From positions 1-35,924 of the forward strand of contig JAJDBA010000309.1 in assembly GCA_029261675.1 (NCBI GenBank): a stretch of 35,924 bases of DNA, given 5' to 3'. The translations under genes and the position numbers were made by a program. The notes under the pieces were generated by a model. It worked only from the letters and a program-made list of their open reading frames with translations. It ran no database searches and had not been told where the DNA came from. Origin of the DNA: Nitrospinaceae bacterium (GTDB lineage: Bacteria; Nitrospinota; Nitrospinia; Nitrospinales; VA-1). Shown here piece by piece: positions 1 to 8,833 of the stretch (positions within the stretch are counted from its first letter, which is position 1; each line of letters opens with the position of its first letter).

Positions 1-1
1 A

Positions 2-415
2 AAGGAAATGGTTTCTTTTGTTAATAATACAATTTCGAGAGGTCCTCTTGAAGGCGAAATTATTGCTATAAAAAATGAGGACGTTCTTATAAATATTGGA
101 AGAAAAAATGGTGTTCAGGTAGGCGACAGGTTTCGTGTTCATTCAGTGGGTTTGCAACTAGATGATCCCTTTTTAACTGAACATGATCTTGGGGATATTT
201 ATGTGAAAATGGGAACGATTCAGGTACTGGAAAGCATGCTGGGTTTTTCAAGAGCCCGAATTATTGTTGGAAAAGATTTCATGCCCGGAAACCTGGTCCG
301 CTCTTTTAAATATTTAAAGGGCTTCAATCAGCAATTTAGCGTTGGAGAAACGCTATTTGAGTCTGAAGAACCCGTCCCATGGTGGAGTTTCCATGGAATT
401 AAATCAGTTCCCTAA
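2..415 (+). CDS. C-terminal fragment of a FlgT/CsgG-associated-type envelope protein (truncated at window edge)
   Basis: The frame is open from the left edge (AAG GAA ATG...). The pattern VLINIGRKNGVQVGDRFRV...GTIQV...FSRA resembles the C-terminal beta domain of FlgT/CsgG-like proteins. Family assignment is from memory. Confidence 0.5.
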   Translation, partial: KEMVSFVNNTISRGPLEGEIIAIKNEDVLINIGRKNGVQVGDRFRVHSVGLQLDDPFLTEHDLGDIYVKMGTIQVLESMLGFSRARIIVGKDFMPGNLVRSFKYLKGFNQQFSVGETLFESEEPVPWWSFHGIKSVP

Positions 416-426
416 GTTCAAAGATT

Positions 427-3400
427 TTAAAAATTATTGTATTCTTGGATTGTGGTGATGTCCAAATCCTCTTCTTTGAGCGCTTTAAGTGCCCCCAGCA
501 GAGCAGAGGCTCCCGAAATTGTTGTGCAGTAGGGTAGGTTTTGATTTAAAGAACCCCTCCTCATAGAAAATGAATCTTTGATAGCTTGCTCGCCAAATAC
601 TGTGTTAATCACCAGATTAATTTCACCTGACTCAATCGCTTCGACACTGTGCGGGGAACCCTCTTTAACCTTGTTGATTGATTCAACAGTAACTCCATTT
701 TTATTAAAATATTCTGCTGTTCCGCTGGTAGCCAGAATACGGTAGCCTAAATCCTGAAGCCCTTGTGCAATTTCGAGGGTTTTTGGTTTGTCAGAGTCTT
801 TAACACTTATAAAAGCCGTACCTTCCATAGGTAGTTTGATCCCCGTCGCCAATTGAGATTTTGCAAAAGCCCGACCAAAAGTTTTATCAATCCCCATAAC
901 TTCACCCGTTGATTTCATTTCCGGACCTAGGAGAACATCTACATCGGTAAATTTATTAAAAGGAAAAACCGATTCTTTGACTGCAATATGTGAAAATTTA
1001 ACCTCTTTGGTAAAACCAATTTCTTTTAAGCTTTTTCCCGCCATGACACGAGCGGCGACTTTTGCAAGAGGAACACCAATGGATTTACTAACAAATGGAA
1101 TAGTGCGGGATGCTCGAGGATTCACTTCTATAATGAAGACCTTATCGTTCTGCACCGCAAACTGGATATTAATAAGGCCAATTACATTAAGCTCTTTTGC
1201 CAAGGCACAAGTCTGTTTTTTTATTTCATCAATTGTTTCAGGGGCAAGGGAAAATGCTGGAAGGGAACATGCGCTGTCTCCAGAATGAATTCCTGCTTCC
1301 TCAATATGCTCCATCACTCCGCCAATAACTACGTCTTCGCCATCTGATATTGCATCAACATCTATTTCAATTGCATCCTCGAGAAAATCATCAATCAAAA
1401 CAGGATGTTCAGGTGATGCCTTGACCGCGTGTTGCATATAATATTCCAGGCGATTTTCACTGTAGACGATTTCCATAGCACGACCGCCTAGTACATAAGA
1501 GGGGCGTACTACAACAGGGTAACCAATCCTAGATGCTATTTCCTTAGCCTCAATATATGAAACGGCAATACCATTTTCGGGTTGTTTGAGATTAAGTTTA
1601 TCTAAAACCTCTTTGAAGAGTTCTCTATTTTCAGCTCTGTCAATGTCAGCCGGACTGGTTCCAATAATGGGTGCTCCAGCTTCCAGTAAGGATAAAGATA
1701 GTTTCAGAGGGGTCTGTCCTCCTAGTTGTACAATAATCCCTGTTGGTTTTTCCACGCGTACGATATGGAGAACATCTTCCAAAGTTACTGGCTCAAAATA
1801 GAGTCGGTCCGAGGTATCGTAATCGGGACTAACGGATTCGGGATTACAATGAACCCTGATGGTTTCAAACCCGTCTTCTTTAAGCGCAAATGATGCGTGG
1901 ACACAGCAGTAATCAAACTCAATTCCTTGACCGATCCTGTTGGGGCCACCTCCTATAATCATTATCTTTTTCTTCTGGGTGGATTCAGCCTCACATTCTT
2001 CTTCATAAGTTGAATACAGATATGGAGTAAATGCTTCAAACTCGGCACCACAGGTGTCAACCCTTTTGTATACTGGGAAGATATTAAGGCTATAACGACG
2101 TTCCCGTATGTCTTTCTCAGAGCAATTTAGAAGTCCTGCAAGATAGATATCTGACATACCATATTGCTTAGCTTTAATCAGGGTCTGCTTTTCTATTGAA
2201 TCCAGCGAATCAATCTTTTTTAGTTCCAGTTCAAAATCGATTAATGTTTTCAAATTATCAAGAAACCACGGATCAATACCCGTAAGTTGATGTAATTCCT
2301 CAACGGAAAATTTGCGACGCAATCCAGCAGCTACTTGCCACAACCGATCAGAAAAGGGAATGGATAATGCCGCTGTAAGTTTTTCTTTTTGTTGCTCCTC
2401 CGACAAACCCACATTATTCAGCTTGAAACGGAAGTCCTCCTCAAATCCATAACTGCCGATTTCCATGGATCGAATTGATTTCAGCAATGCTTCTTTAAAT
2501 GTTCGCCCGATAGACATTACTTCTCCCACAGATTTCATCTGTGTAGTTAGAATGGGCTCTGTTTGCTGGAATTTTTCAAAAGTGAAACGTGGGATTTTAA
2601 CAACACAATAATCAAGAGTAGGTTCGAATGAAGCTGGGGTCACCTGAGTAATATCATTTTTTATTTCATTCAACGAATATCCAACAGCTAATTTGGCGGC
2701 GATTTTGGCGATGGGAAAACCAGTAGCCTTTGATGCTAATGCGGAACTCCGTGAAACACGAGGGTTCATTTCAATTACAATCATATCCCCGGTTTCGGGG
2801 TTAGTTGCAAATTGAATGTTTGAACCACCAGTATCAACACCTATCTCTCGGATAATATCGATCGCGGCATTACGCATGACTTGATACTCTTTGTCAGAAA
2901 GAGTTTGAGCCGGAGCTACGGTAATGCTATCTCCTGTATGAATCCCCATCGGGTCAAAATTTTCAATGGAACAAATAATAACGACATTGTCATTGAGGTC
3001 GCGCATCACTTCCAGCTCATACTCCTTCCATCCAAGAAGTGATTTTTCGATGAGAACCTGATGAATAGGGCTGGATTGGAATGCATGCTCCACGAGAGGA
3101 ACAAACTCTTCTTCAGAATAGGCGATACTTCCCCCGGTTCCTCCAAGAGTGAATGAAGGACGAATGATAGCTGGGAACCCGGTTTCTTTGACGATGCTCC
3201 AGGCTTCTTCCAGTGAAACTGCCTGACCGCTGGGAGGAACCTTTTGTCCTATTTTAATCATTGCCTCTTTAAATAGGTTCCTGTCTTCTGCTTTTTTAAT
3301 TGACTCGACTTTAGCTCCGATCAATTCAACATTATATTTATCCAGAATGCCTTTTTCGGCAACAGCAAGAGCGGTATTTAAAGCAGTTTGCCCGCCCATT

Positions 3401-3666
3401 GTAGGAAGAAGAGCATCGGGTCTGTCGCGGATAATTATTTTTTCCACCACCTCGGGAGTAACTGGCTCAATATAGGTTCGATCGGCAAACTCAGGGTCGG
3501 TCATTATGGTGGCTGGATTACTGTTTACTAGAATGACTTCATAGCCTTCTTCTTTTAAAGATTTACAAGCTTGTGTCCCGGAATAATCAAATTCACAAGC
3601 TTGGCCAATGATGATAGGCCCAGCACCAATGATCAGAATTTTTTTTATGTCAGTTCGTTTAGGCAT
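427..3666 (-). CDS. carB: Carbamoyl-phosphate synthase large subunit
   Basis: 1079 aa. Starts [30 protein letters not shown], has duplicated ATP-grasp halves ([36 protein letters not shown]) and a C-terminal MGS-like domain. Confidence 0.99.
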   Translation of the reverse strand: MPKRTDIKKILIIGAGPIIIGQACEFDYSGTQACKSLKEEGYEVILVNSNPATIMTDPEFADRTYIEPVTPEVVEKIIIRDRPDALLPTMGGQTALNTALAVAEKGILDKYNVELIGAKVESIKKAEDRNLFKEAMIKIGQKVPPSGQAVSLEEAWSIVKETGFPAIIRPSFTLGGTGGSIAYSEEEFVPLVEHAFQSSPIHQVLIEKSLLGWKEYELEVMRDLNDNVVIICSIENFDPMGIHTGDSITVAPAQTLSDKEYQVMRNAAIDIIREIGVDTGGSNIQFATNPETGDMIVIEMNPRVSRSSALASKATGFPIAKIAAKLAVGYSLNEIKNDITQVTPASFEPTLDYCVVKIPRFTFEKFQQTEPILTTQMKSVGEVMSIGRTFKEALLKSIRSMEIGSYGFEEDFRFKLNNVGLSEEQQKEKLTAALSIPFSDRLWQVAAGLRRKFSVEELHQLTGIDPWFLDNLKTLIDFELELKKIDSLDSIEKQTLIKAKQYGMSDIYLAGLLNCSEKDIRERRYSLNIFPVYKRVDTCGAEFEAFTPYLYSTYEEECEAESTQKKKIMIIGGGPNRIGQGIEFDYCCVHASFALKEDGFETIRVHCNPESVSPDYDTSDRLYFEPVTLEDVLHIVRVEKPTGIIVQLGGQTPLKLSLSLLEAGAPIIGTSPADIDRAENRELFKEVLDKLNLKQPENGIAVSYIEAKEIASRIGYPVVVRPSYVLGGRAMEIVYSENRLEYYMQHAVKASPEHPVLIDDFLEDAIEIDVDAISDGEDVVIGGVMEHIEEAGIHSGDSACSLPAFSLAPETIDEIKKQTCALAKELNVIGLINIQFAVQNDKVFIIEVNPRASRTIPFVSKSIGVPLAKVAARVMAGKSLKEIGFTKEVKFSHIAVKESVFPFNKFTDVDVLLGPEMKSTGEVMGIDKTFGRAFAKSQLATGIKLPMEGTAFISVKDSDKPKTLEIAQGLQDLGYRILATSGTAEYFNKNGVTVESINKVKEGSPHSVEAIESGEINLVINTVFGEQAIKDSFSMRRGSLNQNLPYCTTISGASALLGALKALKEEDLDITTIQEYNNF

Positions 3667-4541
3667 TAATTTTTGTAAATATCAGAAATCTCGATTTGTC
3701 GAGATCGCTCCAGTTTTAAATTCATGTAAGCCAACTTATTTATTAATTTGTTGATCTGTTTATTGCCTTCGATTCTGATTTTATCGTGTTCAAGAGTGAA
3801 AGCACTGCTTTCTATGTCTTGAATAGATTTGTTGAAATTATTTTTATCTTCAATTAAAAGGGAGAGTTTTTCTTTAAGCTTTATGATTTTAGCTTCTGAA
3901 TCGGTATTTGTGATTTTTACGTTTAACTTTTCAATTTCCGCTTCTTTGTTTATTAAATTCTTATTTTCCTTAAGCAACCTTTTTTTTAAATTAACGAGCT
4001 CTTTTCTATCTCCGGCTTGAGCCTTGTTAATAATTTTCACTTCTTGCTTTATATATTTATGGGTCTTCTCAGGATGAAAACAAAAATTACCGGTAAAATG
4101 AAACTGCTCTTGAAAGAATATAAGGCGACCTTGAAAAATATCATTTTTTCTAAAAAACAGGCGCGAGTCTTTTTCGTGTGCCAAATAGGTTTCATCAGTG
4201 AACAGGTTGACAACCTTCACGGTTTCGTCTTTGATTTTTTTTGAAATAAATAAACCCTGGATGCTCTTAGTAATACTTTTATAAATCTCCAGTTGATCGC
4301 TGCTCCAAGCGTCTGGATTTTCTTCGATGAGCGTTTCAAGAGGTGTTTGTGATTTTTCCACATTGTAATCATCGAATAAATACCACTCAAGAAATAGGGA
4401 CATTCTTGAATTGTAGGATTTGTCATCCTCATATATTTCCCCGGTCTCTTTTTGGTAAGCTTTTTTGGCTTCTAATATTTGATCGGAAGGAATGGCTTTT
4501 GCCGCGAACTCGAAAAGCTGCTCTAAAGTTTCTCTGAGCAT
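3666..4541 (-). CDS. Hypothetical protein with long Lys/Glu-rich coiled-coil insert, between carA and carB
   Basis: 291 aa ORF with 1-nt TAATG stop/start overlaps to both carA (4541) and carB (3666). Residues ~170-260 are heptad-like. Confidence 0.85.
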   Translation of the reverse strand: MLRETLEQLFEFAAKAIPSDQILEAKKAYQKETGEIYEDDKSYNSRMSLFLEWYLFDDYNVEKSQTPLETLIEENPDAWSSDQLEIYKSITKSIQGLFISKKIKDETVKVVNLFTDETYLAHEKDSRLFFRKNDIFQGRLIFFQEQFHFTGNFCFHPEKTHKYIKQEVKIINKAQAGDRKELVNLKKRLLKENKNLINKEAEIEKLNVKITNTDSEAKIIKLKEKLSLLIEDKNNFNKSIQDIESSAFTLEHDKIRIEGNKQINKLINKLAYMNLKLERSRQIEISDIYKN

Positions 4542-5665
4542 TAATCTCCTGCTTTCATAAGATTTACAAATTTATCAAACAAATGTTCAGAGTCATGAGG
4601 CCCGGGAGAAGCCTCAGGGTGATATTGTACCGAAAAAACGGGCCAAGTCTTGTGCTGAATACCTTCAACGGTGTCATCGTTCAGGTTTAAAAAAGTTATA
4701 TCAACATCACTTCCAAAGGAGCTTTGTTCTACAGCAAAACCGTGATTCTGGGAAGTGATTTCTATTTTTCCAGACTGCACATCCAACACAGGTTGGTTGC
4801 CACCATGGTGACCAAACCTTAACTTATAAGTTTTACCCTTTAATGCCAGGCTTAAAATTTGATGGCCGAGACATATCCCAAATACAGGAACTTTTCCTAA
4901 GATAGTTTTTACATTTTCAATTGCATAAGGAACCGCTGCCGGATCGCCCGGTCCATTGGAAAGAAAAATTCCATCGGGCTTTGTGGCTAGAACTTCATCC
5001 GCAGGTGTGTTTGCAGGGACAACCTTAATATTGCACCCAGCACGAGTTAGTTTTCTTAAAATATTTCTTTTTACTCCAAAGTCATAGACCAACACAGTAT
5101 AAGGACGGTCTTTCACTTCTTCTAATTCGGTTTGGCCCTTATGAATGGTCCATTCACTTTCATCCCAGTTATAGGACTTTTTGCAGGTGACCTCTTTAAC
5201 TAAATCTCTTCCCGTTAAATCGGGTGACTTTCGGGCCTTTTCGATGAGTCTTTGAGGATCGGAGGTGTCCGTAGAGAGGATGGCCTGCTGCGCACCTTTT
5301 TCGCGAATTCGACGGGTTAAAGCGCGTGTATCTATGCCCTGAATACCAAATACATTGGTCTCTTTCAAAAAATCTTCCAAATTACCGCGAGAACGCCAGT
5401 TGCTTTGGACCTTACTCAATTCTTTAATAATAAAACCAGATAAGTGGGGACGGTCGGATTCAAAATCCTCAGGATTTATACCGTAGTTTCCTATTAAGGG
5501 ATAGGTCATAACCACCATCTGTCCGCAATAGGAAGGATCCGTTATGATCTCCTGATAGCCAGTCATACTGGTATTAAAAACTATTTCAGCTTCTACCTCA
5601 CCTTCGGAACCAAAATGCTCGCCTTCATAAATTTTTCCATCGGCGAGAACTAAAAGAGCTTTCAT
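4541..5665 (-). CDS. carA: Carbamoyl-phosphate synthase small (glutaminase) subunit
   Basis: [18 protein letters not shown], nucleophile GICLGHQ and [12 protein letters not shown] motifs. Confidence 0.99.
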   Translation of the reverse strand: MKALLVLADGKIYEGEHFGSEGEVEAEIVFNTSMTGYQEIITDPSYCGQMVVMTYPLIGNYGINPEDFESDRPHLSGFIIKELSKVQSNWRSRGNLEDFLKETNVFGIQGIDTRALTRRIREKGAQQAILSTDTSDPQRLIEKARKSPDLTGRDLVKEVTCKKSYNWDESEWTIHKGQTELEEVKDRPYTVLVYDFGVKRNILRKLTRAGCNIKVVPANTPADEVLATKPDGIFLSNGPGDPAAVPYAIENVKTILGKVPVFGICLGHQILSLALKGKTYKLRFGHHGGNQPVLDVQSGKIEITSQNHGFAVEQSSFGSDVDITFLNLNDDTVEGIQHKTWPVFSVQYHPEASPGPHDSEHLFDKFVNLMKAGD

Positions 5666-5688
5666 ATTTCTAAATCAATCGGATAAGA

Positions 5689-6972
5689 TTAGTTGCACTT
5701 AAAAACTGTTTTACCATTTACTAGAGTACGAAGTACTTTTCCTCTCACTTTCCAATCTTTATAAGGAGAGTTTTTACTGCGGGATTTGAATTGACTAGGG
5801 TCGATTGTGTATTCCATCTTTTCATCGAACAGGGTGATGTCCGCAGCTTTTCCAACACCCAATGTGCCTTTATCAAGTTTAAATAATTGACTGGGTTGAA
5901 AGGTGAGCATATCGATAGCTTTTTCCAGCGAGATGACTTTTTCATCAACCATTTTCAAGGTTAAAGGAAGTGCTGTTTCGAGCCCAACAATCCCAAAACA
6001 GGCTTTACTGAATTCAACCTGTTTGTCGACTCGGTCATGAGGAGCATGGTCTGTGGCTATGATATCGATGGTGCCATCTCGCATGCCTTCTTTAATCATC
6101 TCCAAATCAGATTGAGTTCTGAGAGGCGGACTCATTTTTGCATTTGTATCGTATCCTCTACATGCATCATGGGTTAGGGTGAAATGATGGGGTGCAACCT
6201 CACAGGTAACGGCGAGTCCTTTTGCTTTGGCTTGCCTGACCAAATCGACAGAACCTCCACTGCTGATATGTGCAACATGAAGTCGGCCTCCGGTTTTAGG
6301 TAATAAACAGATATCTCTATGCACCATGATATCTTCCGCTTCTGTGGGCATTCCTTTGAGTCCGAGTTCGGTTGAAACGATTCCCTCATTCATGCTTCCA
6401 CCTTGGGTCAACTCAAGGACTTCGCTATGTTGAATGCAGGGTAAGTCAAACATTTTACTGTATTCCAAGGCTCGGCGCATGATTTCACTATTACTCACCG
6501 GCCTGCCATCATCGGAATAGCCAATGCAACCTGCTTCTTTCAGCTCTCCCATATCCGACAGGGTTTCTCCATTCAACCCTTTAGTTATGGCGCCAATGGG
6601 TAAAATATTGATATCCGAGGTTTCCTTTGCCTGAGATAATATGAAATCGGTGACAGAACGATTGTCGTTGACAGGGGAAGTGTTAGGCATCACTGCAACG
6701 GTTGTAAAACCTCCGGCTGCGGCAGAATGGCTGCCAGTTTCGATCGTCTCTTTATATTCATGTCCGGGTTCTCTGAAATGGACATGCATATCACAAAAAC
6801 CAGGTGCCACTATGGCTCCCTTGGCGTCAATTATTTCTGCACCTGAAATATCTTTAATTTTCCCTTCAGGTTCTACGGCTTCAATTTTTCCTTTGCTGAT
6901 AAGTAAATCGAATTGGCCATTTTTTTTATTGGCAGGATCGATGAGATGTCCGCCTTTAATTAGAATTCGCAT
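5689..6972 (-). CDS. pyrC: Dihydroorotase (type I, multifunctional-complex type)
   Basis: DMHVHFREPG metal-binding motif, GGFTTVAVMPNT, ATDHAPH; located in the pyr operon. Confidence 0.97.
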   Translation of the reverse strand: MRILIKGGHLIDPANKKNGQFDLLISKGKIEAVEPEGKIKDISGAEIIDAKGAIVAPGFCDMHVHFREPGHEYKETIETGSHSAAAGGFTTVAVMPNTSPVNDNRSVTDFILSQAKETSDINILPIGAITKGLNGETLSDMGELKEAGCIGYSDDGRPVSNSEIMRRALEYSKMFDLPCIQHSEVLELTQGGSMNEGIVSTELGLKGMPTEAEDIMVHRDICLLPKTGGRLHVAHISSGGSVDLVRQAKAKGLAVTCEVAPHHFTLTHDACRGYDTNAKMSPPLRTQSDLEMIKEGMRDGTIDIIATDHAPHDRVDKQVEFSKACFGIVGLETALPLTLKMVDEKVISLEKAIDMLTFQPSQLFKLDKGTLGVGKAADITLFDEKMEYTIDPSQFKSRSKNSPYKDWKVRGKVLRTLVNGKTVFKCN

Positions 6973-7903
6973 CGCTCTCCCCTAATAATAGATAAAAAAG
7001 AGCCATTCGTATTGCGACTCCGTTGGTTACTTGATTCAGAATAAGGGAACGCGGTCCTTCCATTACATCTAATGAAATTTCAACTCCTCTATTAACCGGG
7101 CCAGGATGAATAATCAAAGTGTCATCGCTGACATTCGATAGATGCTTTTCAGTAAGACAAAAATAATTAGAGTATTCTCTCAGGCTTGAAAGTAGACCTT
7201 GGTTTTGTCTTTCCAGTTGAATACGCAAGATCATGATGACATCGGCATCCTTTATTCCTTTTTCAAGATCATGACAAACATCTACGCCAAGTTGCTCAAT
7301 TCCGATGGGTAAAAGTGGGGGAGGGGCGACCACTTTAACTGTCATACCCATGGTTTTCATGGCATGAATATTCGACCGGGCCACTCGACTATGAGCAATG
7401 TCGCCAACAATTGTTACTTTCAACCCTTTTAAATCCCCTTTGTGCTCTCGAATCGTTAAAAGGTCGAGTAAAGACTGGCTTGGATGTTCGTGTGTTCCGT
7501 CACCTGCATTAATAACAGGTTTGCTGATGAATTGTGTTATTAGGGCGGGCGCTCCAGAGCAGTTATGTCTAACTACCAGAATATCCGGACTCATTGCTTC
7601 CAGATTTCTTACTGTGTCAATCAAGCTTTCTCCTTTAACCGTGCTACTAGCTGCCCCCGAGATATTGATCACATCCGCACTCAATCGTTTACCGGCAATT
7701 TCAAAAGAGGTGCGGGTTCGGGTGCTTGGCTCGAAGAATAAGTTGATTATTGTCCGCCCTCTAAGGATTGGAACCTTCTTAATGGCTCGAGTCGATACCT
7801 CCTTAAAGGAATCTGCGGTATCCAGAATTGTATCTATGTCATTAGCGGTAAGGCTTTCCATTGTAATAATATTCCGCTGCGAAAGCGTGGTGGTTTGGGT
7901 CAC
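6956..7903 (-). CDS. pyrB: Aspartate carbamoyltransferase catalytic subunit
   Basis: FFEPSTRTRTSFE, INAGDGTHEHPSQ, LRIQLER and HPGPVNRGVE motifs; GTG start overlaps the pyrR stop. Confidence 0.98.
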   Translation of the reverse strand: MTQTTTLSQRNIITMESLTANDIDTILDTADSFKEVSTRAIKKVPILRGRTIINLFFEPSTRTRTSFEIAGKRLSADVINISGAASSTVKGESLIDTVRNLEAMSPDILVVRHNCSGAPALITQFISKPVINAGDGTHEHPSQSLLDLLTIREHKGDLKGLKVTIVGDIAHSRVARSNIHAMKTMGMTVKVVAPPPLLPIGIEQLGVDVCHDLEKGIKDADVIMILRIQLERQNQGLLSSLREYSNYFCLTEKHLSNVSDDTLIIHPGPVNRGVEISLDVMEGPRSLILNQVTNGVAIRMALFYLLLGESDANSN

Positions 7904-8436
7904 TTCACCTGCTCCTGGATTATGACTTTGTCTTCCTCATCAACTTCTTTTAAAAGTACCTGAACGCGTTTGGATTTTGGTGTGGGAATATTTTTACCAA
8001 CATAATCGGGTCTTATCGGTAGTTCACGATGTCCTCTATCTATCAAAACCGCCAATTGTACAGAAGCGGGACGACCAAAATCTATAAGGGCATCGATAGC
8101 GGCACGAATGGTTCGTCCTGTAAATAAAACATCATCGCAAAGGATTACATGTTTTCCTTCAAGTCCAAATGTGATTTCAGTTTTTTTCAGCTCAGGTTTT
8201 TGGAGCCCCGCACCTATATCATCTCGATAGAGTGTGATATCCAAGGCTCCAGTAGCAACCTCAATATTTTCAATGGCATTTATCTTAGCTTGCAGGCGGC
8301 TGGAAAGAGTGACTCCTCGAGTACGAATACCTATTAACGCGATATTTTCAGCACCCTGATTACGTTCAAGAATTTCGTGGGAAATTCGATTTATGGCCCG
8401 CGCAATATCCTTTTCATTCAATATGGTCGTGCTCAT
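7900..8436 (-). CDS. pyrR: Bifunctional pyr operon attenuation regulator / uracil phosphoribosyltransferase
   Basis: RISHEILERN, GIRTRG, LDITLYRDD, DDVLFTGRTIRAA and DRGHRELPIRPDYVGKN motifs. Confidence 0.98.
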   Translation of the reverse strand: MSTTILNEKDIARAINRISHEILERNQGAENIALIGIRTRGVTLSSRLQAKINAIENIEVATGALDITLYRDDIGAGLQKPELKKTEITFGLEGKHVILCDDVLFTGRTIRAAIDALIDFGRPASVQLAVLIDRGHRELPIRPDYVGKNIPTPKSKRVQVLLKEVDEEDKVIIQEQVK

Positions 8437-8474
8437 TTTGACCTCTTTGAGATTCGGGCAGGAAGGAATGGGCC

Positions 8475-8517
8475 AAAAAAAAACCTTCCTGGGGCGGCTT
8501 GCAACCCGTAAGAAGGT
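8475..8517 (-). terminator. Intrinsic terminator of the pyr leader (attenuator)
   Basis: The minus strand reads ACCTTCTT-ACGGGTTGCAAGCCGCCCC-AGGAAGGT then TTTTTTTT: a hairpin with an inner GGG/CCC stem followed by a U-tract, about 40 nt upstream of the pyrR start. Confidence 0.85.
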
Positions 8518-8547
8518 ATTAATGCTGTTTGTACGCGAATCATTTTA

Positions 8548-8580
8548 TCCCTTTACAGCCTCTCTGGACTGTTTAAAAGA
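8548..8580 (-). ncRNA. PyrR-binding RNA element (anti-antiterminator)
   Basis: The minus strand reads UCUUUUAAACAGUCCAGAGAGGCUGUAAAGGGA. This carries the UUUAA and AGUCCAGAGAGGCU motifs of the Bacillus-type PyrR binding loop, directly upstream of the terminator and pyrR. Confidence 0.93.
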
Positions 8581-8596
8581 GTTTATTAACATTTGG

Positions 8597-8624
8597 ATTT
8601 TACCAGAGTTTGAGGTTAAGTCAA
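8597..8624 (-). promoter_or_regulatory. Sigma70-type promoter of the pyr operon
   Basis: Minus strand TTGACT-16 nt-TAAAAT with an extended -10 TG, placed so that transcription would start just upstream of the PyrR element. Confidence 0.7.
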
Positions 8625-8833
8625 GTTTGCTTAATAATTTGAGAAGCCAAATATTGTTTTTCTATAATCGCAAAAATCTGCGAGAAATTTTGGGAGATAA
8701 ATTTTCGCGAAAACATTGAAATATCGAATAAAAATTGGATAATGTGCAAAATTACATAGTAAAATAATCTAACCCTTATAATACTTTGAAACTTTTGCAC
8801 CTTTTTGAAATATTTGTTTGTTAAGAAGTCTCT

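Noticed and set aside
8393-8719. 108-aa ORF over the pyr leader
   Set aside because: It is antisense to the pyrR start, the attenuator and the promoter, and the region is explained by those elements.
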